IMG/VR virus record: IMGVR_UViG_3300015374_000001
Span: 1 to 64,000 of that record
Length of the DNA stretch: 64,000 bases
Origin: a virus
Direction: 5' to 3' (one strand)
Shown here: piece by piece, positions 45,467 to 55,153 of the stretch
Layout: every line of letters starts with the position of its first letter
How positions within the stretch are numbered: the stretch's first letter is position 1
Made by a program: the position numbers and the translations under genes
Notes under the pieces: model-generated
What the model was told of the DNA's origin: nothing
Seen by the model: the letters and a program-made list of their open reading frames with translations, nothing else
Databases searched by the model: none

Positions 45467-48400
45467 TGGGTCTAGCTCACCTTCATAAACACTCGGAATT
45501 TTCATCCATTGATGGGACCGGCAACGCTAATCAATATACCAAGCAAGGCTATAAATTCGAGCAAGAATTTATGGCTATTACCGACCATGGTAGATTGGGC
45601 GGCGTATTGGATCATGTCTACGTTTGTCAGAATCCTGATAAGTTTGACGATCCAGACGACCCGACTAAGAAGCGCGGTAAAGACGAAAAGTTAATACCGC
45701 TGCTCGGGATGGAAGCGTACTGGCGCGATAACCGCTTTCAGGAACAGAAGAGTTACAGCAGTGCAAATCATTTAACTCTGATCGCTGGCAGTCTCCGTGG
45801 TTGGCGGACATTGATGCGTCTATCGAGCAAGGCGTGGATTCCTATCGACCGCAAGGGCGGCTTCAAGGGCAAACCCTGCATCGATTGGGAAATGCTAGAG
45901 GCAGACCACGAGGATTTAATTGTTTGTTCTGGCTGTTTCGCTAGTCCACTTTCTCAATTAATCCTGGCCGGTGATCAATCAGGCGCAGATGAGTATTGCT
46001 CACGCATGCAGAACCTTCTAGGTGATCGCTTTTGGGGCGAGATAATGCCTCACGATCTAGATGAGCAGCGTTCAATCAATGAAGGCGTAATAAACTTATC
46101 TCAGGAGCATGGCTTTGGCGTCGTCGCAACAGGTGATGTGCATATTCCGTATCAAGAGTGGGAAGATACGGCGCTTGTGCTCAAGATGGTCAGCACAAAA
46201 CAGACGCTCTCCAAGCGCGCCAAAAAGCAAGAGGCTGGCGAAGACGTATACGGAGAGCGGATCGACACCATTTACTTAAGCCCGGAAGACGAGTTCCGCG
46301 AGCAGTTTGCTGAGTACCACGAGGATATCGATGAGGATATTGTCGATGAGGCGATAGCAAATACTGAAGTGTTGGCTCGCTCAGTCAAGCATTTTGTTAT
46401 CAGTAATGCCACTAAGCTGCCCAAGGTAGCTAAGACTTCACTAGATGCAGAGCGTATCGTCAAGCGTTGGTGCAAAGAGAGTCAATACCCAACGGGCAAG
46501 CCAAAGAATTGGCAGGAATATCGTGACCGATACAACTATGAATTCAAAGTGCTCCGAGACAAAGGTGTGTTGGACTATTTCATCTTGGTCGGAGATATGG
46601 TCCGCTGGGCAAAGAGCAGAGATGCGTTACCCGGTTCTGACAAGCGTAAGCGGCCTATCCGGGTGGGTCTTGGAAGAGGTTCTGCGGCAGGGTGTCTTAT
46701 CTCGTATCTCATCGGCATCACCGCAATTGATCCAATTGCCTGGGGTCTGTTGTTTGAGAGGTTTCTGAATCCTGATCGTGTCGGGATGCCGGATATTGAT
46801 CTTGACTTCGAGACTGACTTAAATGATTTCGAAACTCTCGACGGCAAAATGGTGGACGGCCGCGAGATGGTCAAGGAATATCTCAAGGCCAAGTATGGTG
46901 ACGATCACGTAGCGGATATCATTGCCTATCAGACCTTCGCTCCGCGCGTGACAATCAAAGAGGTTGCAGCTACACAGGATCTTCCTTATGGATTCATCAA
47001 AAAAGTCACAGATTCAATCGGAGATACAGAGCGCGATCTTGAAAAGATTGCAGCAGAAAATGGATTGGTTCGTAAACTCAAGACAGAACACCCCTACGTA
47101 TGGGAACAGTGCTTACGGCTCGAAGATCAAATACTCCGAGATACCCGACATGCAGGCGGCGTGCTCATTACCCCCCGGCCAACAAATGAGTATATGCCTA
47201 CTCAGATCGGAAATGATGAGATTACAACAGTCACAGCATGGGCGGATCGTGCCGATTTCCAAATTATCAGTGATTACGGATTTGTAAAGATTGACGTACT
47301 CGGTGTCAAGGGATTAGCGAAGCAGCAACTATGCGTAGATTTAATTGCTGATCACTATGGCGACATAGTTGAACCGAATGATCTACCGGCTCTGCGCGAT
47401 CCATACAACGCAGATCAAAAAGCGCTAGACGCATTTACTCAAGGATTGACTCTAGGTGTCTTCCAGTTCTCCGGGCGAGGGATCACAAATCTCCTGCGCC
47501 ACATCAAACCAGACAGCACCATCGACATTGCCGTTGCTAATGCCCTTTATCGGCCTGGCCCTATTAAAATTGCATTTGAATATGGGGATCGAAAGAACGG
47601 GAAGATACCCGAGGCCGATTGGTATTGGCACGATGCCGTCGAGCCCATCTTAAAAGAAACCTGTGGCCTGATTGCCTTCCAAGAGCAGGTTATGGAAATT
47701 ACTAAGGTCATCGGTAATTTCACGGGTGGGCAAGCAGACTCAATGCGTAAGGCAATCTCGAAGCTCTACCGGCTCCCTGGTGACCAGGCACGAGCATTCA
47801 TGCAGGGCTTCAAGGATCAATGGTTAGAGGGGTGTGAATCAAATGGCTTGGACGAAACCGCTGCCGGGGTTATCTGGGATGCCATCCTTGAATTCGCCGG
47901 ATACGGATTCAACAAATCCCACAGCGCCAGCTACGCCTTGCAGGCATATCAGGATATGTGGCTCAAAGTTAATTATCCCCTTGCGTTTTATGCGGCCACT
48001 CTTACCATCGAACGAAAAGCAAAAGCCGAAGAGGATGCCGAATGGAAGCGAGGGATCTTCCGCGAAGCAGAATTATTCGACGTAAAGATTGATCCGCCCG
48101 ATGTAAATGCCAGCGAGCGCGGATTCATTATCGATGGCGACCGGCTGCGTTATGGACTAGTCAGCGTCAAGGGCTTAGGAGGATTGACAGTTGATCAAGT
48201 CAAAGAGGTACGTCCAGTCTCTTCATTTGATGATTTTGCTAGGCGTACCCCAAGCAACTTCGGAGCCGATAATGCCGCCGCACTTGTTAAAGCTGGCGCA
48301 TTCGATTCCCTTGGAGAAGATCGGGAAGCGTTACTAGCCAAGACTCGGCGCTGGGCAAAGAACAAATACAACGTGGTGATGGCGTGCGGGTGTAAGAAGA

Positions 48401-49089
48401 TGCGGACGGGCGAGCCAGAGGAATGGAAGAAACCTGCCATTTGTGAGAAGCACGATTCGACTGAGATTAAGGAAATGATTGAAGTCGATCCGTACTACAC
48501 CTATGCGGAGCACATTAAGTTCCACTACATGAAGGACAAGGAACCGCCTGAGCAGGAATTGATCGAGCCTTCTCAGAACGAAATCCTTGAGATGGAAAAA
48601 GAAGTGCTCGGTAATGTTGTGTCGCGTGAGACTGTGGTGCATCGCTATCAGGAATTCATTGAAGATCGTATTTTCTCTACAGCAGAGATAGAGGATCTGC
48701 CGCACAAGCCTGAGGATCACAAACCCTGGTGCGACTGTGATGAATGCGAGGCAGCAAATATCGTGGTGGGCGGCGAGATATTGGCGGTCAAGCCTATTGT
48801 CACTAAGAAGCAAAAGAAGGAAATGGCTTTTGTTGATCTTGCCTTCGGAGCAGATCAATATGCGATCACGATATTCCCGAAGGCATGGGCCGAGAACAAG
48901 CACAAGATTAAAGACGCATCAGTGATCTTGGTGGCAGGCTTTAAGGACAATCGCAATCAGATTGTAGCTCAGCACATAGATGATGTTGAGACAATTGCAG
49001 TGGGCGAACAGCGGCGGAAGACGAAGGCAAGTCTTAAGAAAACAACGCGGAAGAAGGCGGGGACTAACCCATGGCTGAAGGCAGCTTAG
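45466..49089 (+). CDS. dnaE: DNA polymerase III alpha subunit
   Basis: PHP HLHKH..S..DG/TDHG, GRGSAAG, FERFLNPDR..MPDIDLDF, KIDVLG, YGFNKSH, OB fold; no intein. Confidence 0.95.
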   Translation: MGLAHLHKHSEFSSIDGTGNANQYTKQGYKFEQEFMAITDHGRLGGVLDHVYVCQNPDKFDDPDDPTKKRGKDEKLIPLLGMEAYWRDNRFQEQKSYSSANHLTLIAGSLRGWRTLMRLSSKAWIPIDRKGGFKGKPCIDWEMLEADHEDLIVCSGCFASPLSQLILAGDQSGADEYCSRMQNLLGDRFWGEIMPHDLDEQRSINEGVINLSQEHGFGVVATGDVHIPYQEWEDTALVLKMVSTKQTLSKRAKKQEAGEDVYGERIDTIYLSPEDEFREQFAEYHEDIDEDIVDEAIANTEVLARSVKHFVISNATKLPKVAKTSLDAERIVKRWCKESQYPTGKPKNWQEYRDRYNYEFKVLRDKGVLDYFILVGDMVRWAKSRDALPGSDKRKRPIRVGLGRGSAAGCLISYLIGITAIDPIAWGLLFERFLNPDRVGMPDIDLDFETDLNDFETLDGKMVDGREMVKEYLKAKYGDDHVADIIAYQTFAPRVTIKEVAATQDLPYGFIKKVTDSIGDTERDLEKIAAENGLVRKLKTEHPYVWEQCLRLEDQILRDTRHAGGVLITPRPTNEYMPTQIGNDEITTVTAWADRADFQIISDYGFVKIDVLGVKGLAKQQLCVDLIADHYGDIVEPNDLPALRDPYNADQKALDAFTQGLTLGVFQFSGRGITNLLRHIKPDSTIDIAVANALYRPGPIKIAFEYGDRKNGKIPEADWYWHDAVEPILKETCGLIAFQEQVMEITKVIGNFTGGQADSMRKAISKLYRLPGDQARAFMQGFKDQWLEGCESNGLDETAAGVIWDAILEFAGYGFNKSHSASYALQAYQDMWLKVNYPLAFYAATLTIERKAKAEEDAEWKRGIFREAELFDVKIDPPDVNASERGFIIDGDRLRYGLVSVKGLGGLTVDQVKEVRPVSSFDDFARRTPSNFGADNAAALVKAGAFDSLGEDREALLAKTRRWAKNKYNVVMACGCKKMRTGEPEEWKKPAICEKHDSTEIKEMIEVDPYYTYAEHIKFHYMKDKEPPEQELIEPSQNEILEMEKEVLGNVVSRETVVHRYQEFIEDRIFSTAEIEDLPHKPEDHKPWCDCDECEAANIVVGGEILAVKPIVTKKQKKEMAFVDLAFGADQYAITIFPKAWAENKHKIKDASVILVAGFKDNRNQIVAQHIDDVETIAVGEQRRKTKASLKKTTRKKAGTNPWLKAA

Positions 49090-49784
49090 AAACTATGCAC
49101 GCGCGCCGTAAAGTTAAACAGGCGCTAGGTAATTTCTTTAGAGAGATGGAGCTTGAAGTTGAGCCGCTAGCTAAGAATGCGACCAAGCAGGATATACGTC
49201 ATCGCATCAAGAAAGCTCATTTTTATTTAGGTGATATCGAGAAGGATCAGACTGGCGATTTCGATAGTCATTTCCTACGCCGACTAGATCATCCTAATGC
49301 GGCTCATCTAAATACTCGTGGGCAATTGATCCGTGGCAGAGTCAGGCGTAGGCGGCGACGCAACAATACGGCTCGTGGTATAGCGATGAAGTTATTCCGT
49401 GTCTGTAGCAAAATTTCTGATGCGCGGCCACGTTATGTATACGGCGGTGGACATGGGCCACTGCTTAGATTAATGCGGTCCAATGCCAATATGGATTGCT
49501 CATCATCTACCTCACTCGCGCTCAAGCGTGCAGGCATGTTCAGTTTTCCTATCGCTTGGGTATCCGGCATGTTCGGTGGCTGGGGCCAAGAGGGCAAGGG
49601 TGATTGGTTCACTGTTTGTTGGCACAGCGGGCATGTATTTATTGAATTCTATAACTTGCCTAACAAGGGCGACTATTATCGCTTTGACACATCGCCGTGG
49701 GGTGATGGCGAAAGTGGTGCTCGTTTGAGAGATGGTGAGCGCGGATACGCACAATTTAAGTTCCGCCATCTCCCTGGACTTTAG
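49071..49784 (+). CDS. NlpC/P60-family peptidoglycan hydrolase (probable endolysin)
   Basis: YVYGGGHG...DCSSSTSLAL...GHVF...RFDTS (Cys-His dyad). Confidence 0.75.
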   Translation: MAEGSLETMHARRKVKQALGNFFREMELEVEPLAKNATKQDIRHRIKKAHFYLGDIEKDQTGDFDSHFLRRLDHPNAAHLNTRGQLIRGRVRRRRRRNNTARGIAMKLFRVCSKISDARPRYVYGGGHGPLLRLMRSNANMDCSSSTSLALKRAGMFSFPIAWVSGMFGGWGQEGKGDWFTVCWHSGHVFIEFYNLPNKGDYYRFDTSPWGDGESGARLRDGERGYAQFKFRHLPGL

Positions 49785-49795
49785 AAAGGAATAAG

Positions 49796-51013
49796 TTGCC
49801 GGTAGATCCTAGCCGCAAGGATGATTTCCTTGCCAAAATGCAAAGGTCGCTTGGGCCAGAGAGCGTCATCCGTGGCGCTGAATTAATTGCTCTGCCGCCG
49901 ATCAAGCTGCCGTTTATGTCCCCGATGCTCACTTGGGCGACTACAGGAGGAATCCCGTGGGGGCATGTCTGCCGCTGGTATGGGCCAGAGCACTCAGGCA
50001 AGAGCCTCACAAACCTTGGATTAATTTGGGTAGCTCAGCATTACCACGAGGTACTTGAAGAGCAGTACGAATATCAGATCAAAGCAGTTGAAGGAAATAA
50101 TAAGTTCAAGGCGAAGAATAAGAAGGCCGAACTTAAGAAGCTGCTCGATAGATACCCCGAACAGCTTTCAGTAATGATGTGGGATACCGAGGGCAGATTC
50201 GATCCCCATTTTGCTGAAGCGATCGGTATCGATGCTAAGCAGATCGAGCTATCGAATCACACGATCATTGAGGAAATTTGTGCGGGCATTCACGATGGCT
50301 GGAATTCATTCCATATCCAGATAGTCGATAGTGCCTCAGCTACGCAAGCGGTGATGGAAGCTGGCATCAAACCTGGCGAATATACTCAAGGCGCTGGCCC
50401 ACAAGCTTGGACTAAATGGCTCAAGCAGGCGCTCAAGGACCGCGACCGTAACGAGAACGTATTAATTATGGTAGATCAGCTTCGGAGCCAGCTTGGTCAA
50501 GCTCGAAACAAGGGACCGGCGACAGCGCCTCCGGGCATCCGCGCTCTGCGCCATCAGGCGTCCGTAGCAATTGAGTATGAAGCTGCCAAGCGCCTGTATC
50601 GGGATAAGAACGGAAACCTCACAGACGATTGGGAAAAAGCCGATCCTGATATCCGCTCATTAGGTACCGACGGCAAAGAGCCACACGGAGTACAGATGAG
50701 TTGCAAGATCGTAAAAAATTCAACCGGGCGACCGTGGCGCAATGCCAAGATGCGTTTCGCATTTCCAGTGATGGATCACAGGACCGGTGAGGTTAGATTC
50801 CCAATTGGTTTTGATCATGTCTGGGAATTACTTGAAATAGGTCTTCACTTTGACATAATCGAGAAGGGCGGTGGTGGAATGCATTACGTCCTTGATGAAG
50901 ATTTTGATCAGACCGGCGAGAAGTACAAAGGCGAATCAGCTATGCGTGTAGCACTGGCAGAAGATGAAGATTTGCAGGATCGAATCCTCACGCGCATGTA
51001 TCGAGATATGTGA
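49796..51013 (+). CDS. recA: RecA-like recombinase
   Basis: GGIP.G...YGPEHSGKS, DTEG.FD, IVDS, QLR, G.RALRH.AS, KIVKN. Confidence 0.9.
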   Translation: MPVDPSRKDDFLAKMQRSLGPESVIRGAELIALPPIKLPFMSPMLTWATTGGIPWGHVCRWYGPEHSGKSLTNLGLIWVAQHYHEVLEEQYEYQIKAVEGNNKFKAKNKKAELKKLLDRYPEQLSVMMWDTEGRFDPHFAEAIGIDAKQIELSNHTIIEEICAGIHDGWNSFHIQIVDSASATQAVMEAGIKPGEYTQGAGPQAWTKWLKQALKDRDRNENVLIMVDQLRSQLGQARNKGPATAPPGIRALRHQASVAIEYEAAKRLYRDKNGNLTDDWEKADPDIRSLGTDGKEPHGVQMSCKIVKNSTGRPWRNAKMRFAFPVMDHRTGEVRFPIGFDHVWELLEIGLHFDIIEKGGGGMHYVLDEDFDQTGEKYKGESAMRVALAEDEDLQDRILTRMYRDM

Positions 51014-51234
51014 TGCTTAGATTGCTAGTCCCAATAGTAGGTTTATTAGCTGTTCTAGTTATTCTTACAGCTACTAATTTACCGTTGAAGAATTTTGATG
51101 GCAATCTCTTTGAACCCGGTTGTGATTGGGGCAACCCTCATTGTGAGCGCGAAGACTATAGGGATATGTGTACTAAACATATTTCAATTACAGACGGTGA
51201 ATATGTACGTTGGTGCAAAGGTAGGCATTGGTGA
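51010..51234 (+). CDS. small secreted/membrane Cys-rich protein
   Basis: Signal-like N-terminus, four Cys. Confidence 0.6.
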   Translation: MMLRLLVPIVGLLAVLVILTATNLPLKNFDGNLFEPGCDWGNPHCEREDYRDMCTKHISITDGEYVRWCKGRHW

Positions 51235-51437
51235 CCAATCCATTCCTTGAGAAAGCCAACAACCCCTTCTTTAAGAAAAAGAAGCGCGTGCGAGTTACAT
51301 GGCAGCACTCCTATGGCGAGAGCGAGCACGTAGGCAAGGTCGTATTTGAAGACAAGAAACACCTGCACGTGCGTAATGCTCAAGGCGTGATGCTTTATTT
51401 CTTCAAGAAGATCCCTCACAAGTTAGAAGTTCTGTAA
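51228..51437 (+). CDS. small basic protein with two NPF motifs (Sm/SH3-like)
   Basis: TNPF...NNPFF then beta-rich core. Confidence 0.6.
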   Translation: MVTNPFLEKANNPFFKKKKRVRVTWQHSYGESEHVGKVVFEDKKHLHVRNAQGVMLYFFKKIPHKLEVL

Positions 51438-52531
51438 TGGGAATCACGAGAAGCGAAATGTTTGCACGCTTTGGCGTGATGCAGCAGGTAGATGAGGTAA
51501 CCGAAGCTGCCTATAAAATGCTTGAGCAGCAGTTATGGGAAGCTGGCGGCGATGATCCTCACGGCGAGCCTTGGCATGTGTCCTTTCATGCGTCGAGCTT
51601 CCCTGGTGGCGAGAATACCGCTTGTGGCCGCGCAGCTATTTATTCATTGATGGACGTTCCTAAACAATTCCAGTTCAGCCGTCGCTCACGGCAATTCATG
51701 GACATGGGCAAAGACATGGAGGATCAAATTGTTCGCCGCTGGCATCGGGCTGGCTTTCTACTCACACCTCCCCCTGAAGCGCCAACGCAATATCGTTTCG
51801 AAGACTCCGACTCCTGGCTTACCGGTTCGCCGGATGGAGTCATCATCAAACCGCGAGAAACCTCGCCGCACGTAGTAGATGTTAAATGTGTCCGCGATAA
51901 TACAGTTGATGAAATGCGGAATCTGATTCGTCAAGCCACTCCACGGCATGTAGCTCAGTTAAAAGTTTATATTGCTTTTGCCCATGAAGAGCATCCTTGG
52001 CGGAAGGTCAAGCGTTGCTTCAATAGCAGGCGACTCATCTTTGAATTGATAAATGGTGATGAGCGGATTGAAGTTTGCCCGCAGCATGGACAGAATCCAG
52101 AATGCGTGGTCGAGGAAGAGCTAGAGCGTCCCTATTCTGGCTCGCTGTACTACGTCAGTTTCGATGATCCCAAGAAAACCTTTGAGTGGTACTACGAATA
52201 TGACGAGGCTTTTATTCAAGAGGGGCGGGAAATCCTTCAAGGCTGGAAGGAACACTTCCTCAACAGCACCCTTCCGCAGACCAATTTCCAAAAGAAACGC
52301 TGGTCCCACCCATTTAATTGGCAGTGGTCTAAGCCGGAATTCCCTTGCCAGTATTGCGACATGAAAAAGGTCTGCCAAGAAGACCATAACGATGCTCTAG
52401 AAAGCGGTAAATTAATTAATCTAGAGGATAGTCACGCAATTTTTCACGGTCAAAAGGTTCGAAAGGACTACAGCTACGAACAGGCCCGCGAGCGCGTTCT
52501 ACGGCGCTGGGGGCTACTAGACGCGGCCTGA
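51437..52531 (+). CDS. PD-(D/E)XK exonuclease, Cas4/AddB-like Cys cluster
   Basis: C.R..., G.PDG...VVDVK, QL.VY, CQYC....C. Confidence 0.8.
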   Translation: MGITRSEMFARFGVMQQVDEVTEAAYKMLEQQLWEAGGDDPHGEPWHVSFHASSFPGGENTACGRAAIYSLMDVPKQFQFSRRSRQFMDMGKDMEDQIVRRWHRAGFLLTPPPEAPTQYRFEDSDSWLTGSPDGVIIKPRETSPHVVDVKCVRDNTVDEMRNLIRQATPRHVAQLKVYIAFAHEEHPWRKVKRCFNSRRLIFELINGDERIEVCPQHGQNPECVVEEELERPYSGSLYYVSFDDPKKTFEWYYEYDEAFIQEGREILQGWKEHFLNSTLPQTNFQKKRWSHPFNWQWSKPEFPCQYCDMKKVCQEDHNDALESGKLINLEDSHAIFHGQKVRKDYSYEQARERVLRRWGLLDAA

Positions 52532-52537
52532 GAACCG

Positions 52538-52550
52538 TGCTATGATCGCG
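52538..52550 (+). promoter_or_regulatory. extended -10 motif TGCTATGATCGCG
   Basis: TAGACG-17-TATGAT. Confidence 0.6.
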
Positions 52551-52584
52551 CTCAGGCTAAACCCGGTACGAATGGAGGTACCTC

Positions 52585-54075
52585 TTGCTTGACAGTCTCA
52601 AGATTTCCGATGTAAATGCCCAGGCAATTCTGGCACTCGGAATCGCATTTGATGTATTTGATGATGACATTCCTGAGTCTCCGAAGGATCGGATGGAAGA
52701 GGCTCATAAATTAGTCGCCTTTGGAATTGAGGGTTTGCAAGGCGGCACAGATGATGAGGAAGTCGTTGAACAAATTAATGCCATCCTCGCGGCTGGTGGC
52801 GTTGAAGTAGACGGCGACGACGCGGAATTAGTTACTTTCGGCGAAGCTCCTGATCAGGATGAGCTTGAAGAACTTCTCTCGGAGCATGAAGTTGAGTTCG
52901 AATTTGAAGAAAGTGACGAGGAAGAAGAGGGCGACGAGGAAGAGGAAGTCGCCTTTGATGTTGACGACATAATTGAAGATTGGTCGTCAATGAAGTTGAA
53001 GGATGCCAAGGAAACTCTGACTGAGCTTCTGGCAGAGGAAGACGAAGAAGAGCAGCTTTCGTTTGAGGAAATTACCGCGCTGCTCGAATATGAGAACGAG
53101 CAGGACAAGCCTCGCAAGTCCATCGTCACTCTGCTTGAGGGAGCCCTTGAGGAATTCGAGGGTGAGGAAGAGGAAGAACCTGAAGGCGAGGAAGAGGGCG
53201 AAGAGTCTGAAGAGGAAGGCGAAGAGGAAGAGCCCGAAGGCGAATTTGATGAAGAGCCGTATGAGGGCTACGACGAAGCCAAGGTTGGGGATCTGAAGGA
53301 AGTCATTGATGACGAAGATCGCACGGCCGAAGAGCTTGAGTACATCGCCGGATACGAAGAGGCTCACAAAAATCGCTCTACCATTCTCAAGCGTGTCAAT
53401 GACCGCATTGAGGAATTAAGTGAAGAGCCAGAGGCCGAGGGCGAGGAAGAGCCTGAGGAAGAGCCGGAAGAGAAGCCCGCTAAGAAGCGTGGCGGTAAGA
53501 AGGCTAAGAAGGTTGATGCAGAGGAAATTGATGGCGACGAGCTTGAGGAAAATCTCCCGCCGCACTTCGCTGAATTAATCTCCGAGGATCACGCTATCGG
53601 CGTGGCCGAGGAACTTGGCCTGAAGCCTGCTGATGACGAATATGAGCAGGAAGAGCTTCCGGCTATGCCTGACGATATCGCCGCAGAGGATCGCGGGGAA
53701 TTGTCTAATCTCATGGCTCAGTACACAGCAGCGCATGGAACGGCTGCTTGGCTTGGGGCTCAGCAGTACACGCTTTCGAGCGGGTATGAGGAAGTGGCAG
53801 ACTATTATGAAAATGCCGCATTCCTTGAGGCCGATGGTAGCGAGGCCACTAAGAAGGCGTCGGCCAAGACTGACGGCCGGGTGGTCTACTTCCGCAGCCA
53901 GCAGAAAAAGGCATACAACCAGTACGTTGTCATGCGCGATGTGAAGGACACGCTCAAGCGGCGTATAGAGACAATTAGCCGTGTGGGCGGATTCAAGGTC
54001 GATGCGGATGACGCTGAGGCTCAGTCGGCACCGGCAAAGCCCAAGGGACGCAGGACTCGCAGCCGTTCTAAGTAA
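52585..54075 (+). CDS. very acidic protein with two repeated helical domains and possibly UvsY-like C-terminus
   Basis: Poly-E tracts; YE..(DKP/HKN)R repeats; helical C-terminus near recA. Confidence 0.75.
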   Translation: MLDSLKISDVNAQAILALGIAFDVFDDDIPESPKDRMEEAHKLVAFGIEGLQGGTDDEEVVEQINAILAAGGVEVDGDDAELVTFGEAPDQDELEELLSEHEVEFEFEESDEEEEGDEEEEVAFDVDDIIEDWSSMKLKDAKETLTELLAEEDEEEQLSFEEITALLEYENEQDKPRKSIVTLLEGALEEFEGEEEEEPEGEEEGEESEEEGEEEEPEGEFDEEPYEGYDEAKVGDLKEVIDDEDRTAEELEYIAGYEEAHKNRSTILKRVNDRIEELSEEPEAEGEEEPEEEPEEKPAKKRGGKKAKKVDAEEIDGDELEENLPPHFAELISEDHAIGVAEELGLKPADDEYEQEELPAMPDDIAAEDRGELSNLMAQYTAAHGTAAWLGAQQYTLSSGYEEVADYYENAAFLEADGSEATKKASAKTDGRVVYFRSQQKKAYNQYVVMRDVKDTLKRRIETISRVGGFKVDADDAEAQSAPAKPKGRRTRSRSK

Positions 54076-54288
54076 ATGAACGGCACACCGAAGAAAGACG
54101 AGATGGAGAGGGAGGCGGGCACTTCGCTCGCCTCCCGCATTGTGGGCACGACCATCACGGTATTTGTTTTAATGCTGTTCGCATTGGTCGTGTTCACGCT
54201 CGCCGCATTCGTCTACGGCATGGGCGAGGAAATACTGCCAGCGGTCAGACAGGCTGGCACTGACACAATTGAATGGGTTTTCTCATGA
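54076..54288 (+). CDS. small membrane protein
   Basis: Long hydrophobic segment. Confidence 0.65.
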   Translation: MNGTPKKDEMEREAGTSLASRIVGTTITVFVLMLFALVVFTLAAFVYGMGEEILPAVRQAGTDTIEWVFS

Positions 54289-54407
54289 ATTGGTTCAGGA
54301 GTTTGATCTTGAACTATTGGACTAAATGTCCATTGCACGGATGGGTATTTGTAGGTCGCCATGACTACTGCCCACTGTGTAAGGCCTATGGGTATTGGGA
54401 TGGATGA
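54285..54407 (+). CDS. 40-aa Zn-finger-like peptide (CPLH...CPLC), not in ORF track
   Basis: ATGA overlap; CxxH/CxxC. Confidence 0.55.
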   Translation: MNWFRSLILNYWTKCPLHGWVFVGRHDYCPLCKAYGYWDG

Positions 54408-54582
54408 AGAGCCAGACACAGTTAGCCCAATTCCTCCTGACCGCCTGGTGATGATCCACTGCCAAGACATTGGTGATTTAGTACGGCATTACTGCGGAGT
54501 CGGCTCAAGCAATGTTCGAGCTTGCGATTTGCCTCATGGTTGCCCGAAGGTTGTATATATCCGTGAAGGCGAGAAGGCGTAA
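54400..54582 (+). CDS. small Cys/His hypothetical
   Basis: Start moved to ATG 54400. Confidence 0.55.
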   Translation: MDEEPDTVSPIPPDRLVMIHCQDIGDLVRHYCGVGSSNVRACDLPHGCPKVVYIREGEKA

Positions 54583-54935
54583 TGGCTCTCTATGAGTTGC
54601 GTATACGCGCAGGCCAATTTAGTTTATCGATAGACGATAAGCCTTTTGTAGTAGACCCCACGATTGATCATACATTTAAATTTTATATGTCTGATGATCC
54701 TGCGAAGAGGTTGAGAGAAGCCGCCAGTGAACTTTTACGGCTTAAGGATGGGCCACGCGACGATGCTTACCAGACGGCTAAGGAACCGGCATGGCAGGCG
54801 CTTCGTGAGGCTTTGGCTTCTTCTCCTATGCCTGTGAAGCCAGAGGACAAGCCACCGTTCCCTTGCCTGGAACGCGACAAGCCAACGCGGCACGGTCCGT
54901 ATGGCCCTGAGGGGGAAGAGAGAAAAGGAGAGTGA
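54582..54935 (+). CDS. hypothetical protein
   Basis: TAATG overlap. Confidence 0.65.
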   Translation: MALYELRIRAGQFSLSIDDKPFVVDPTIDHTFKFYMSDDPAKRLREAASELLRLKDGPRDDAYQTAKEPAWQALREALASSPMPVKPEDKPPFPCLERDKPTRHGPYGPEGEERKGE

Positions 54936-55153
54936 GGCTTTTAGTAATAACATTAATGGTCTTTTCTAGTGGTGGCCATATAAATAATCATCATCCAAAA
55001 GCGTGTGCGGCGCTTTCACCTAATGCGTTGCAACGTTTACACCCCAATACTAGATGTGCAAGAAAAGCGCGGAGGAATGTGTCATGGAAGATTCGAGCAG
55101 TCAGTTTTCCGCTAGTCAATGGTGGCAGCGAATTCCTGTTTTTGCGAAGGTAG
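54932..55153 (+). CDS. small secreted-like hypothetical
   Basis: AAGGAG RBS, GTGA overlap. Confidence 0.5.
   Translation: MRLLVITLMVFSSGGHINNHHPKACAALSPNALQRLHPNTRCARKARRNVSWKIRAVSFPLVNGGSEFLFLRR

Noticed and set aside
45466-49089. Intein or intron in dnaE (also checked dnaB, recA, terL)
   Set aside because: No C...HN splice motifs or homing endonuclease; reading frames are continuous
51437-52531. CRISPR-Cas system (Cas4)
   Set aside because: No array or other cas genes; solo Cas4-like nucleases are common in phage recombination modules
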